Below, one piece after another: positions 8,576 through 19,324 of a stretch of 64,000 nt of DNA. Location of the stretch: positions 128,995 to 192,994 of the forward strand of contig JADJOI010000002.1 in NCBI GenBank assembly GCA_016713875.1, written 5' to 3'. The notes beneath the pieces were generated by a model that did no database searches, was not told where the DNA came from, and saw nothing but the letters and a program-made list of their open reading frames with translations. How positions within the stretch are numbered: the first letter of the stretch is position 1; every line of letters begins with the position of its first letter. The translations under genes and the position numbers were made by a program. The DNA is from Flavobacteriales bacterium (lineage in GTDB: Bacteria > Bacteroidota > Bacteroidia > Flavobacteriales_F > PHOS-HE28).

Positions 8576-11253
8576 TCAGCTGCGGCAGATGGTGCAATAG
8601 GCGCTCTTCTGGCGATGGGCGAACACCGCTCCGGGATCGAACAGGTCTTGGATGAGCGATCCCAACGCCTCCTCGATCAGCGACAGGTCCTGCCGACGCA
8701 CGATCGTTCGGTCGTTCAGGATCAGCGGCAGGCCTTTGACGGCCTCGGTGCTGCGCAGCGGACGCAGCTCGGCGGTCACCGCCGGGCATTCCGGGTCGTT
8801 GCGGAGCCACAGCCAGGCATAGGTCAGCAACTGCACGGCCTTGCCGTGGTCGGCCTTCAACGGACCAGGCAGGGTGAGCTCGAGATCGCGCGGGGCCACG
8901 CGACCGGTCTTCAGGTCCACGAGATGCACATGGCCATCGCGCCGGTCGATACGGTCCACGCGGCCGTGCAGGCGCACCAGATGCCGCTGGCCATGGGCGA
9001 CCTCGGGCAGCTCGGCGGACAGAGGTGTCTCCAGGCCCAGAAGCGTGACGGCGGTGCCACTGCGCAGGCGCGCCACCTCGTGACGCACCGCTCGCTCGAT
9101 CGCCTGCCGGGCCATTCCCAACTGAAGCAGCACGGGGCCTTCCTCGGCATGGAGCCCTTCCGGCATCCGGTCTTCGAGCACGCGCAAGGCCGCCGGAAGA
9201 CCGGCGGATAGGGCGTCGGGCTGGATGATGCCCCCTACGAACGGGCCATAGAGGGACTCGAACACGGCGTGCACCAGGGTGCCCAGTTCATGGTCCTCCA
9301 GCGCGGCTGAGGGAGGTTGCTCCTCCTCGACACTCCACCCATGGCGGAAGACGAAGTTGAGCGGGCAGGTGAGCAGGTCGCTGAGCGCTGTCGGGCTGAA
9401 TCCACGCTCGGCCTTGCGTTGGAAGCGATGCCGCAGCTCGGGCGTCATCGTCACGTGCAGGCGCGCGTCGGGGCGTCGCGGCATGGACGGACGCAGGCTG
9501 GACCGGCGCAGGACACCGGGAAGCTCGTGCTCGAGCTGAAGGATGAAGCGGCTGCGCTCCTGCTCCACATCGCCGCCCGAGACGTGCAGCAGGGTGATCT
9601 CCCGGGCGTGATGCAGCAGCCGCATGAAGGTGTGCGCCACCACGGTGTCGGTGTCGGCGCGGAGGGGAAGCCCGAGCGCGTGACGCAGTTCACCGGGGAT
9701 GAAGCTTTGCGGGGGCTCGGCCGGAGGCAGGCTGCCCTCGTTGGCCCCCACGACGATCACCCGGTCATGATCCGTGGCCCGCGATTCCAGCATGCCCATC
9801 ACCTGAAGGCCGGCCATCGGCTCGCCGCGCAGGTCCACGCGGGCCTGCCGCAGCAGGCGTTCCTCCAGGCCGAGCGCGCCCGCCTCTCCGGGCTGATGGC
9901 CGCTCCCGGCCAGGGCGGTGGCGGCCTGGCCGAGCACCTGTCCGATGCGTTGGGCCTGCTCCTGCACGAAGGGGTCGGGGTTCGCCAGCACCACCGCTTC
10001 CACTAGGGCCGTGCGGGCGGCCGTGCCTTCGGCCGATAGCGCGCGATGAAGCGCCAGAAGGACGGCATCGTCACCCTCCTGGAACAAGGCAGCGATCGGA
10101 AGGTGGGCACGGCGCTCGTTCGCCGTTCGCTCGCGCAGCTCGGTGATGGGCCGTGCATCCGCCCAGGCCGGATGGTCCAGAAGGGCCGAGAGTTCGCGGG
10201 TGCGCACCGAGCGTCCATCGCTACCGCTGTGCAGGCGAGCATGTTGGACGAAGAGGCCGTGCAGGGGCAGCTGGGTCAGCGGAAGGCCCATGGTCACGTT
10301 CACCGGAGCGCAGGAGGCCGGAAGAAGGCTGAGGAAGGGCAGCAGGGTGTGCGGGTCGGCCAGCAGCACGCAGGTGCGCGCCCGTTCCTCCTCGCTCAGC
10401 TCGATCACCTGTTCGACGGCGGCATGGACCATGGCCATCGTGTTGGGCAGGGCGATGGTGTGCGCCGAGGGTGGGTCATTCCCGATCCGGGTGCTGACGG
10501 GCAGTTCACCGGGACCGTGGCGCCCGATGGCACTGCGCAGGGCACGACCGGCCTCCTGCAGCGGGTCGTTCAGGTAATGGCTGTCGGCATCCCAGGCGAA
10601 GCGGGCGATGCCACGGTGCCGGAGCGCGTCCAGGACGCGATGCATCGCGGGAGAGAGCGCGTTGAGTCCGGCGCACCATACCCGCGTCCACGGCAGGGGG
10701 TGGGTTCCATCGGTGATGCGTGACGCCGCCGCGCGGGCGATGAGGCCGCGGGTGCCCGTACCGGCGGGCAACAGCCGTTCCTCCAGGCCCTGGTGCAGCC
10801 CGGCATGGTGCGCCCAGTGGTGTGCCAGGCGCTGCTGGCCTTCGCTCAATGCGCCCCCCCTGAAGCTCCAGGCGTCGATCTCCTCGATGTGCCGCAGGTC
10901 ACGGTAAGCGACCTCCCGGTCCAGCAAGTGCTCGTCCACCTCGTTCATGTCGTGCAGGGCCGTGGGGGCCCAACCCAGGAAGGTGTGGAGGTCGTCCGCT
11001 GCGGCGCCCTTCAGGTGGCGATGCACTGCGTGCATATCGAGCAGGGTGAGGTGGACGGGCTGTTCGCGCAGGCCGGACAAGCGTTCCAGGAAGCCGTCGG
11101 GCGTGAGCAGGTCGGGGCTCCAGAGCGGGGCTCCATGCGCGTGCGCCAGGTGCCGCTGGAGGTGAAGCCCCGCGCGCCGGCTGGGCAGCACCACGGCCAC
11201 GCGCGCCAGGTCCGTGCCATGATCGTGCAGAAGCCGCTCGGCCAGGAGGCGCA
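8576..11253 (-). CDS. AddB-like PD-(D/E)XK nuclease subunit of a helicase-nuclease (RecB-family nuclease domain at C-terminus)
   Basis: About 890 aa. The N-terminus MAFLRLLAERLL…VVLPSRRAGLHLQRHLA… is typical of Bacteroidota AddB-like proteins. The C-terminus …HVHLVDLKTGR…YCTICRS carries PD-(D/E)XK and Cys-cluster features. The ORF track extends to 11419, but the Met at 11253 fits the family N-terminus. Confidence 0.7.
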
Positions 11254-11593
11254 GGAATGCCATCGGGGCGTGCAAATTAGCGGCGCGAACGGCGCCCCGG
11301 GCATGCACAGCGACTTTCCCCAGTACCGGCGTTCGGCCCACGGCACGAACTACTACCGCATCGATGCGGCGGACCGTTTCGAGGAGCTGCAGCTCATCGG
11401 CAGCAAGGTCCTTCGGCACACGGTGGAGGCCCGGGCCTATCCCGAGCGGGTGCGGGTGATGGACATGCTGTGCGGGTCGGACGGGGCCTACTTGCCGGTG
11501 TCCGTGAAGGAGTACGAGGCGGTGGCCGCCCGGTCCGCCGGCTGAACCCGTTCCTCGTTCGATCGGTCCGTCCGAACAACCCGGGGGCTTACC

Positions 11594-13738
11594 TTGTCGT
11601 CATTCCCACAGATGATGCGCACCCTGGTGCTGTTCGGGATCCTGTGCAGGGCCGCTCCGGCCCTGGCCACGCACATCATCGGTGGCGAGCTCTACTACGT
11701 GAATCAGGGGGGCGACAGCTACCTGTTCACCCTGCAGCTGTACCGCGACTGCGGGCCCAACAACGTCAACGGGACCGGTTTCGACGCGCAGGCCGAGCTG
11801 GGCATCTTCGATGGGTCGGGGACCTACCTGTTCTCGGAGTTCATCCCGTTCCCGGGCTCCACGCCGGTGCCCGTGGTGTTGAACAACCCCTGCCTCACGG
11901 CGCCGCCCACCATCTGCGTGGAGCAGGCGGAGTACAGCATCGTGCTCGATCTGCCGCCCATCCCGGGCGGTTACGTGGTGAGCTATCAGCGCTGCTGCCG
12001 CACGCCGAGCATCCTCAATGTGGCCAACCCGGGCGACGAGGGGCTCACCTGCACGGTGGCCGTGCCCAACGCCAACCAGACCGGGGCCAACTCCAGCCCG
12101 GTGTTCAACGCGTATCCGCCGATCGCGCTGTGCGTGGGACAGAACATGACCTTCGACCATTCGGCCACGGACCCCGACGGCGATCTGCTGGTGTACGAGC
12201 TGTGCACCCCGTTCACCGGGGGTGATCCGTTCAACCCGCTGCCCTCGCCGCCTGCGGGGCCGCCGTATACGCCGGTGCTCTGGGCGCTGGGCTATTCGCA
12301 GGCCTACCAGATGGACGCGAACCCGCCGCTGGCCGTCGATCCGGTCACGGGCCAGCTCACCGTGACGCCCAGCCAGGTGGGCAGCTACGTGGTGGGGGTG
12401 TGCGTGAAGGAGTACCGCGGGGGCGTATTGCTCAGCGAGGTGCGGCGGGACTTCCGCTTCGACGCGGTGCCCTGTGTGGTCACGATCCTCAGCTCCATCC
12501 AGCAGCAGCAGGTCTTTTGCGACGGCTACCAGGTGAACATGGTGAACCAGAGCATCGGCGGCAGCAGCTATTTCTGGGACTTCGGCGATCCGAACAGCAG
12601 CACCGATACCAGCAGCCAGTTCGCACCCACCTACACGTACGGCGATACGGGCGTGTACAGCGTGATGCTGATCGTGAACCCCGGATGGCCCTGTGGCGAC
12701 ACCTCCTACGCTTCGTTCGAGATCTATCCACCGCTTCAACCGGCCTTCACACCGCCGCCCATCCAATGCCTGGGCGCAGGCGCGGTGCCGCTGACCGTCA
12801 CGGGCAACTTCACCGCACAAGCGAGCGTGTTGTGGGACCTCGGGCCCGGTGGGGCACCGCAGCAGATGAGCGGACCGACCATCGGAGCCACCTTCGTGCA
12901 ACCGGGCGATCAGGTTATCACGGTCACGTTATCGGACCACGGCTGCACGGACAGCTACACGGACACCGTGGAGGTGTTCCCACCGCCGGTCCCGCTATTC
13001 ACCACGGACACGATGGGCTGCCTGCCCCTGGAGGTGCGGTTCAACAACCAGAGCACCGCCTGGACGCCCATGAGCTACGCGTGGGACCTGGGCGACGGCA
13101 CCACGAGCACGGACAGCCTGCCGGTGCATACGTACACCGTGGAGGGCCAGTACGATGTGCGGCTCACGGTGATGACGGACAGCGGGTGCATCGACACGGT
13201 GAGCCTCCTGCGCCCCGCAGCCGTTCAGGTATGGGTGCCGCCGACCGCAGGCCTGTACACCAGCACTCCGGTGGTGGATGTGCTGAACCCCGACGTGACG
13301 ATCAACGACGCCTCGGTGGATGCCGACAGCTGGCTGTACACGGTGGAAGGAAGCACCTTCACCACGCCCACCTTCACGTACGTGTTCCAGGAAGCGGGCA
13401 CGTTCGAGGTGGTGCAGGTGGTGACGAGCGGACTGGGCTGCAGGGACACCACGAGCATCCGCGTGATCGTCACCGGGTCGCTGTTCCACGCACCGAACGC
13501 GTTCACACCGGACGGCGATGGCCTGAACGACCAGTGGCTGCCGGTGGTGATCGGGGCGCGCGAGTACGATCTGGCCATCTTCGACCGATGGGGCACGCGC
13601 CTCTTCCACACGCAGGACCCCAAGGCGGGTTGGGATGGCGCCGGGCTGCCGATCGGGGTGTACACCTACAAGGCGTGGCTGGCCGAGCACGGCCCCGAGC
13701 GCTACGAGTTCGTCGGTTCGATCACGCTGGTGCGCTGA
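11594..13738 (+). CDS. Cell-surface adhesin-like protein with PKD domains and T9SS type-B (gliding-motility-associated, CHU_C) C-terminal domain
   Basis: Signal peptide MMRTLVLFGILCRAAPALA. PKD-type motifs occur repeatedly (WDFGDPNSS, WDLGDGTTS). The C-terminus …FHAPNAFTPDGDGLNDQWLPV…YDLAIFDRWGTRLF…GWDG… is a canonical T9SS type-B sorting domain. Confidence 0.75.
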   Translation: MSSFPQMMRTLVLFGILCRAAPALATHIIGGELYYVNQGGDSYLFTLQLYRDCGPNNVNGTGFDAQAELGIFDGSGTYLFSEFIPFPGSTPVPVVLNNPCLTAPPTICVEQAEYSIVLDLPPIPGGYVVSYQRCCRTPSILNVANPGDEGLTCTVAVPNANQTGANSSPVFNAYPPIALCVGQNMTFDHSATDPDGDLLVYELCTPFTGGDPFNPLPSPPAGPPYTPVLWALGYSQAYQMDANPPLAVDPVTGQLTVTPSQVGSYVVGVCVKEYRGGVLLSEVRRDFRFDAVPCVVTILSSIQQQQVFCDGYQVNMVNQSIGGSSYFWDFGDPNSSTDTSSQFAPTYTYGDTGVYSVMLIVNPGWPCGDTSYASFEIYPPLQPAFTPPPIQCLGAGAVPLTVTGNFTAQASVLWDLGPGGAPQQMSGPTIGATFVQPGDQVITVTLSDHGCTDSYTDTVEVFPPPVPLFTTDTMGCLPLEVRFNNQSTAWTPMSYAWDLGDGTTSTDSLPVHTYTVEGQYDVRLTVMTDSGCIDTVSLLRPAAVQVWVPPTAGLYTSTPVVDVLNPDVTINDASVDADSWLYTVEGSTFTTPTFTYVFQEAGTFEVVQVVTSGLGCRDTTSIRVIVTGSLFHAPNAFTPDGDGLNDQWLPVVIGAREYDLAIFDRWGTRLFHTQDPKAGWDGAGLPIGVYTYKAWLAEHGPERYEFVGSITLVR

Positions 13739-14183
13739 GGCGCATGGCGATGTGCGGAATGCCGTCCAGGTCGAAGACCTCGCCGTGCCGCGCGTACCCG
13801 TGGGCGGCATAGAAGCCCTCCAGGTGGGCCTGCGCGGACATGCGGCTGTCGATCCTGCCGTAGGTGCGCTGGAGCACGGTGAGCACTTCGCGCATCAGCG
13901 CGTGCCCGAGGCCGGTGCCGCGTTGTGCGCTGTCCACCACCACGCGGCCCACCGCCGGCAGACCGTCCTCGCCAGGCGGAAGGATGCGCGCGTAGGCCAC
14001 CACCCGGTCCGATGCATCGCGGCCGATCACATGCAGGGCGCTCCGATCGCGGTCGTCCAGTTCGGGATAGGGACAGTTCTGCTCCACCACGAACACGTCG
14101 GTGCGCAGGCGCAGCAGCGCGTACAGGGTGTCCACGTCGAGCGCGTTGAAGGGGAGGGTCCGCCAGGTGACCGCGGTGCTCAT
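13722..14183 (-). CDS. GNAT family N-acetyltransferase
   Basis: MSTAVTWRTLPFNALDVDTLYALLRLRTDVFVVEQNCPYPELDDRD… contains the GNAT motif Q(R)GTGLGHALM. The start codon overlaps the addA stop as ATGA, and the 3' end overlaps the convergent adhesin gene by 17 nt. Confidence 0.75.
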   Translation of the reverse strand: MSTAVTWRTLPFNALDVDTLYALLRLRTDVFVVEQNCPYPELDDRDRSALHVIGRDASDRVVAYARILPPGEDGLPAVGRVVVDSAQRGTGLGHALMREVLTVLQRTYGRIDSRMSAQAHLEGFYAAHGYARHGEVFDLDGIPHIAMRLSAPA

Positions 14184-17100
14184 GCGATGGGTTCGAGGGT
14201 TCCGGAGGCGAGGTAGAGCAACGCGCCGTGCACGGGTGATCCGGTGACGCTGCGCAGCACGTTCATGTACCCGCGCACCTGTTCGGCGTGGGCGGCGTGC
14301 GGATGACCGGTCTTGATGTCGAGCACGCCCCAGCCGGCGGCGGCGCGCACCAGACGGTCGGGGCGCGCACTGCGCCCGTCGCTCAGGATCAAGGGCGTTT
14401 CGGTGAGCACATCGAGCCCCGGTCCGAACCACGGTGCGAGGTCCGACCGGTCGAACAGGGCCGAGAGCCGGGGCCGCCATTCATCACGGTCCTCCGGACG
14501 CAGGTCGCCGCAGGCCACGGCGGTGGTCAATGCCGCGTCGAGGTCCGCCGCCGTCCGCACCCGCGACAGCAGATCGTGCAAGGTTTGGCCGGTGATACGC
14601 CGTGCATCCGCCCCGATGGGCGCGTCATCGCGCAGGGTGTCGCGCACCAGCAGCTGCACGCCACCACCGGGAGGCAGGGAGCGCAGCACCGGATCGTTGA
14701 CCTGCTGTGCTGAAGATGCCCTCGCAGCGGTCCGCTCCCCGATGGTGAGCCCCGTCTCCAGCGTGCCGCCCAACGTCACCAGATGGACCAACAGGGCTTT
14801 GGTGATCGCGTCGCCGTGTTGCTGGGGAACGGCGGCGTACAGACGCTGTTCCGGCCGGGTGAAGGCCACATAAAGTAGATCGAGCGCGTCCAGGTCCTGC
14901 ATGGCCAGCTCGTTCTCGACGGCGGGGATCCCGGGGGCCTTGCGTCCCTTGAAGGTGAGGCGTGCGGTGGGGAGTTCGGGTGCCACATCACCGGGCGGGG
15001 TCCACACGCTCGTGCCCTTGTTGCCGCTGCCGGACATCCTGGTGAAGGGTACGAAGACCACGGGGAACTGCAGGCCCTTGGCCTTGTGGATGGTCATCAC
15101 CTGGATGGCGTTCAGCCCGGCGGGGGCTGTGATGGATCGTTCCGAATAGCCCCGTTCCCAGTGGTCCAGGAATCCGGACGGGTCGTGACCATGGGCCTGC
15201 TGGTGTTCGCGCACGGCGTCCAGCAGCGCGTTGAGGAAGGCATCGGTCGCGGGGTCGAGGCCGCACCGTTCCACATGGCCCAGCACGCGGTCCAGGAGGG
15301 TGGCGGGGGGGCGTTTATTCGGGGGAAGGCAGGCGTTCAGGCGCTGGAGCGCGGTGCCGGGCGGTGCGTCCTCCGGAGGGTTGATGCGATCCATCGGCAG
15401 CACGCCGGCCGCCACGGCCGCGGCCAGGGCTTGCAACGCCGTGTGGTCGTCCGCCCGCCGATCCAGCCGCAGCAGCGACAGCACGAGGTCCACGGCCGCG
15501 TCACCCTTCAGGCGCAGACCGTCGGGGCTGATCACCGCGTGCCCGGCACGGCTTAGCGCGCGGGCCACTTGCGAACCCTGCGCACCGGTGCGCACCAGCA
15601 CGGCGATGTCTCCGGCGCGGTGACCGTCCTCCAGGCATCCGGCCACGCCGTGCAGCAACCAGGCTTCGATCCATGGCATCTCCTCCTGCTCTTCCTTCGT
15701 GACCGGCACTGCCTCCAGGCGCACGAGCCCGCCGGCAGGCTTGCGCGCGGTCTGCGCCTGTTCATCGTAGATGGGGCGCAGGGCCTCGGGCATCAGCGCG
15801 TGCAACCGGTCGAACAAGGCGTTGTTGAACCCCACGATGGTGGCCGACGAGCGGTGGTTGTCGCGCAGCGGTTCGATCGGGACGGCGGAGGCCATCAGGA
15901 AGGCTTCGCGACGCGTACCGTCGGAAAGCTGGTCGCGCCCGTGCAGGGCGGGCAGGGCCTTGAACTGGCGGACCTCACCATTGCGCCAGCGATAGATCGC
16001 CTGCTTGGCATCGCCCACCAGCAGCACCGACCCACCGTTGGCCAGGGCGTTCTCCGCCAGCGGCAGCAGCGCGTGCCACTGCATCACCGAGGTGTCCTGG
16101 AACTCATCGATGAGGAAGTGCTGGAAACGCTGGCCGAGGCGTTCGTACAGGAAGGGCACGGGCTCTTCGCGCACCACGCGTTCCACCGCGCGGGTGAGGT
16201 CTTGGAAGAAGGTGACACCATCCTCGTCCTTGGCGCTGCGCAGCGCATCGGACAGGGCGCTCATGGCGCCCATCGCCATCAGGTCGCGGCGGATGAGGAG
16301 CCGCAGCCAGTGGTCGGTGAAGCGGCCTTCCTCCTGCCAGCGCTGCACGGTCGTAAGGACCTGCTCAAGCTCCGGGGCCAGGCGTTGCAGGGCTTCGCGT
16401 GCCGAGGCGGAGGCCTTGCCGCTCCACCACACGCCCGTGGCCAGTGGCTTCCCCGCGTTGGTGCCCACCTCGAGCGGGTCGTCCTTGAAGTCGGCCAGCT
16501 TCGTTAGAACGGAATGGAATCCCTTCGTGGTGTTCGCCAGGTCCGCAGCCTCCAGCTGGGCGGCGGCCAGGGCGTCCAGGGCGGTGCGGCCCAGGGTGCG
16601 GGCCTCCTGGCGGAAGTCGCGGATCGCGGAGCGCAGCGCCGCATCGGTGAGCAGCAGCGTTCCGGCGCTCACGGCGGCGAGCTGCTCCAGGTGGCGTACG
16701 CTCTCCTCGTCGTCGAGCATCTTCACCAGCTCGGAAAAGGGGGCGGCCGGGTTCCACCGCGCCTCGTCCTCCACCAGACGGCTGCACGCGGCCACCAACA
16801 CCTCGGTGAGGGCGGGGTCGCGGCCGGCAGCCTGCAGCAGCAGGTCCACCGCACGGTCGCGGTACCACTGCTGGTCGGTGGTCATGCGCAGCTCGTGGTC
16901 CAGTTGAAGGTCGCGCGCGAAGGGGCGCACCAGGCGGCGCACGAAGGCGTCGATGGTGGTGATCGAGAGGTCGGACCAGTGGTGCAGCATGTGGCGCAGC
17001 ACGGTGTGGGCGTGTGCGGCCGCGGCATCGGGTGCAAGACCGTGCGCGCCCCGCAGGGCGTCCAGCAGGTCGGCGATCCGGGCGTCGTCGTGCGTGCGGT

Positions 17101-17287
17101 CGGTCAGCGACCGCAGGTAGTGCAGCACCCGCTCCTTCATCTCGCCGGCGGCCTTGTTGGTGAAGGTCAGCGCCAGGATCCCGCGGTAGGCCGTGGGCCG
17201 GTCAGGCCGCAGGGCCAGCACCAGGTAGCGCTTCACCAAGGCGTGGGTCTTGCCCGAACCGGCGGAGCTGTGCAGCACCTGGAACAT
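14180..17287 (-). CDS. AddA-like UvrD/REP-family helicase-nuclease (ATP-dependent DNA helicase with C-terminal nuclease domain)
   Basis: Walker A SAGSGKTHALVKRYL is present, with UvrD helicase motifs throughout and a C-terminal …GVLDIKTGHP… nuclease-like region, about 1035 aa. Start is taken at MFQVLHSS (17287); an alternative ATG lies at 17326. Confidence 0.8.
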   Translation of the reverse strand: MFQVLHSSAGSGKTHALVKRYLVLALRPDRPTAYRGILALTFTNKAAGEMKERVLHYLRSLTDRTHDDARIADLLDALRGAHGLAPDAAAAHAHTVLRHMLHHWSDLSITTIDAFVRRLVRPFARDLQLDHELRMTTDQQWYRDRAVDLLLQAAGRDPALTEVLVAACSRLVEDEARWNPAAPFSELVKMLDDEESVRHLEQLAAVSAGTLLLTDAALRSAIRDFRQEARTLGRTALDALAAAQLEAADLANTTKGFHSVLTKLADFKDDPLEVGTNAGKPLATGVWWSGKASASAREALQRLAPELEQVLTTVQRWQEEGRFTDHWLRLLIRRDLMAMGAMSALSDALRSAKDEDGVTFFQDLTRAVERVVREEPVPFLYERLGQRFQHFLIDEFQDTSVMQWHALLPLAENALANGGSVLLVGDAKQAIYRWRNGEVRQFKALPALHGRDQLSDGTRREAFLMASAVPIEPLRDNHRSSATIVGFNNALFDRLHALMPEALRPIYDEQAQTARKPAGGLVRLEAVPVTKEEQEEMPWIEAWLLHGVAGCLEDGHRAGDIAVLVRTGAQGSQVARALSRAGHAVISPDGLRLKGDAAVDLVLSLLRLDRRADDHTALQALAAAVAAGVLPMDRINPPEDAPPGTALQRLNACLPPNKRPPATLLDRVLGHVERCGLDPATDAFLNALLDAVREHQQAHGHDPSGFLDHWERGYSERSITAPAGLNAIQVMTIHKAKGLQFPVVFVPFTRMSGSGNKGTSVWTPPGDVAPELPTARLTFKGRKAPGIPAVENELAMQDLDALDLLYVAFTRPEQRLYAAVPQQHGDAITKALLVHLVTLGGTLETGLTIGERTAARASSAQQVNDPVLRSLPPGGGVQLLVRDTLRDDAPIGADARRITGQTLHDLLSRVRTAADLDAALTTAVACGDLRPEDRDEWRPRLSALFDRSDLAPWFGPGLDVLTETPLILSDGRSARPDRLVRAAAGWGVLDIKTGHPHAAHAEQVRGYMNVLRSVTGSPVHGALLYLASGTLEPIA

Positions 17288-17561
17288 GGGGTTCGAAGGT
17301 AGAAGGCCGGGGTGTTGAAGGGCCACGGAGCAGTGGTCAAATTGGAAGGAGGACCATGGATGAATAGAACAAGATGGAAGACGACCTGACCAAAGTGATG
17401 GTCAACGCCTTCCCACGAACCGCACCACCCGGCCAGCCGTTCCAGGTAGGGATCCCTGAACGTGACCAAGCTCACCCTCCGCAGCCCGGTACCGTCATAC
17501 ATTTGAGCGCCAGGCAACGGACCGCTGCCCGAAGGCATCCATTCACCACACCCGAACGCCC

Positions 17562-18314
17562 ATGCTCCCCATCTTCCGCACGACCGCGCTGCTGACCGTC
17601 CCGGCCGCCCTGCTGGCCGGCTGCCACAAGCCTTATAATGTGGATGGCCCCGAAGGCCACGTTCGCCTGAAGGTGGAGGCCACCTGGCAGGGGCAGCCGC
17701 TTCAGGCCGGGCAGGTGAACCTGAACGTGAGCAACTACCGCACCCAGGTGGAGGTGCTGAAGCTGTACCTCGCCGAACTGCGCTTGACCGGACCGGGCGG
17801 CGCATCCGCGCTGACGGACATCGCATTGTTCGACGCCCTCAATGGAGGGGACAGCGAGGTGTACACCGCCGAGGCCGGCAGTTACAGCGGCCTGCACCTG
17901 GGCTTGGGCGTGCCGCAGGACCTGAACACCTCCGACCCCGTGCTCTATCCGGTGGGTCACCCCCTGAGCGTGAGCAACGGCACCTATTGGACCTGGGCCA
18001 CCGGCTATCGCTTCGTGATGTTCGATGGCCGGTACGACACCGATCCGAACAGCACCGGTGCACCGATGAGCCTGTTCTCCATCCATACGGGCATGGAGCC
18101 CTGCTACCGGGTGCGCGACCTGGACTTCGCCGCGCCATTCACCGTGGTGGGGGGCGACACCACCGAGCTGGTCCTTCGCTTTGAGGTGGACCGGTTCTTC
18201 CATGACAACGGGGTCGTGATCGACCTGGCCGTGGACCATCAGGCCCACGGGGACAACCTGACGCTCGCCATGCGCTTCACGGACAACGTGGTCAACAGCA
18301 TCGTGGTGGAGTGA
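17562..18314 (+). CDS. MbnP-like periplasmic lipoprotein (partner protein of di-haem peroxidase MbnH); family assignment by inference
   Basis: Lipobox LLAGC, about 250 aa, Trp/Tyr-rich core (NGTYWTWATGYRF). The stop overlaps the following cytochrome c peroxidase gene. Size and context match MbnP-MbnH pairs. Confidence 0.45.
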   Translation: MLPIFRTTALLTVPAALLAGCHKPYNVDGPEGHVRLKVEATWQGQPLQAGQVNLNVSNYRTQVEVLKLYLAELRLTGPGGASALTDIALFDALNGGDSEVYTAEAGSYSGLHLGLGVPQDLNTSDPVLYPVGHPLSVSNGTYWTWATGYRFVMFDGRYDTDPNSTGAPMSLFSIHTGMEPCYRVRDLDFAAPFTVVGGDTTELVLRFEVDRFFHDNGVVIDLAVDHQAHGDNLTLAMRFTDNVVNSIVVE

Positions 18315-19324
18315 AGGGACGGGTGGGCATAGCGGTGCTGGTGATGGCGCTGACGGGCTGCGGGAAAGATGAATTGATGCAGCAGGACGGCGCGGCCGAG
18401 CCCTTCATGCTGGACCTGCCTGCTTGGATGCCTGCTCCTCCGGTGCCGGCCGACAATCCGCTATCCAGGGCCAGCGTGGAACTGGGCAAGCAGCTCTTCT
18501 TCGAGCCCCACCTCTCCCGAACGGGCACCTTGAGCTGCGCCGGTTGTCATTTCACGGACCGGGCCTTCAGCGATACGGTGGCGCTCAGCCTCGGGGTGTC
18601 TCAGCAGCCTGGACTGCGGAATTCGCCTACGCTGGCCAATGTGGCCTACCATCCGGCGCTCTTCCGCGATGGTGGGGTGCCCACCTTGGAACTGCAGGTG
18701 CTGGCGCCCATCCACGACGACCTGGAGATGGACCACAGCATCATCACGGCGGCCGATGACCTGCGCGAGGTGGAACCTTATCGCAGTCTGAGCCAGCAGG
18801 CCTATGGTCGTCCGCTGGACCCGTACGTGATCACCCGGGCCATCGCCAACTACGAGCGTACGCTCATCAGCGGCTGGTCCCGCTTCGACCGCTACCTGTA
18901 CCAGGGCGAGACCACGGCGCTCACCGACAGCGAGGTGCGGGGCTGGGAGCTGTTCTCCGGACCGGTGGCGGGCTGCACGGATTGCCATGGGGGATTCGAC
19001 CTCAGCGACCACAGTTACCGCAACGTGGGCCAGTACAGCACCTACGCGGACCCTGGGCGGGCGCGGATCTCCCTCGATCCCGCGGACGAAGGCAAGTTCA
19101 AGGTGCCCACCCTGCGCAACATCGCCCTCACGGCGCCGTACATGCATGACGGGGCCATGGCCACGCTGGAGGAAGTGGTGGACCACTTCGCGAGCGGTGG
19201 CCTGTCGCACCCCAACAAGGACCCGCTGATGACCCCGTTCACGCTTTCCGCGCAAGAGCGTGCCGACCTTCTGGCCTTCCTGCATGCCTTGACGGACGAA
19301 CGCAGCCTGGACCAAGTGCCATGA
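18311..19324 (+). CDS. Di-haem cytochrome c peroxidase family lipoprotein (CCP/MauG/MbnH family), copy 1
   Basis: Lipobox ALTGC. Two CXXCH haem-binding motifs (CAGCH, CTDCH) sit at the spacing typical of CCP/MauG enzymes, which also carry the conserved …PTLRNIALTAPYMHDG… segment. Confidence 0.8.
   Translation: MKGRVGIAVLVMALTGCGKDELMQQDGAAEPFMLDLPAWMPAPPVPADNPLSRASVELGKQLFFEPHLSRTGTLSCAGCHFTDRAFSDTVALSLGVSQQPGLRNSPTLANVAYHPALFRDGGVPTLELQVLAPIHDDLEMDHSIITAADDLREVEPYRSLSQQAYGRPLDPYVITRAIANYERTLISGWSRFDRYLYQGETTALTDSEVRGWELFSGPVAGCTDCHGGFDLSDHSYRNVGQYSTYADPGRARISLDPADEGKFKVPTLRNIALTAPYMHDGAMATLEEVVDHFASGGLSHPNKDPLMTPFTLSAQERADLLAFLHALTDERSLDQVP

Noticed and set aside
11600-12901. 433-aa minus-strand ORF and other long ORFs antisense to the PKD adhesins (for example 23238-25514 minus, 758 aa)
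   Set aside because: Antisense to coding regions with clear PKD and T9SS domain grammar. Stop-free antisense frames are expected at 67 % GC.
16005-16907. 300-aa plus-strand Ser/Arg-rich ORF inside addA
   Set aside because: Antisense to the UvrD-helicase gene. It is low-complexity Ser/Arg/Ala and has no start context.
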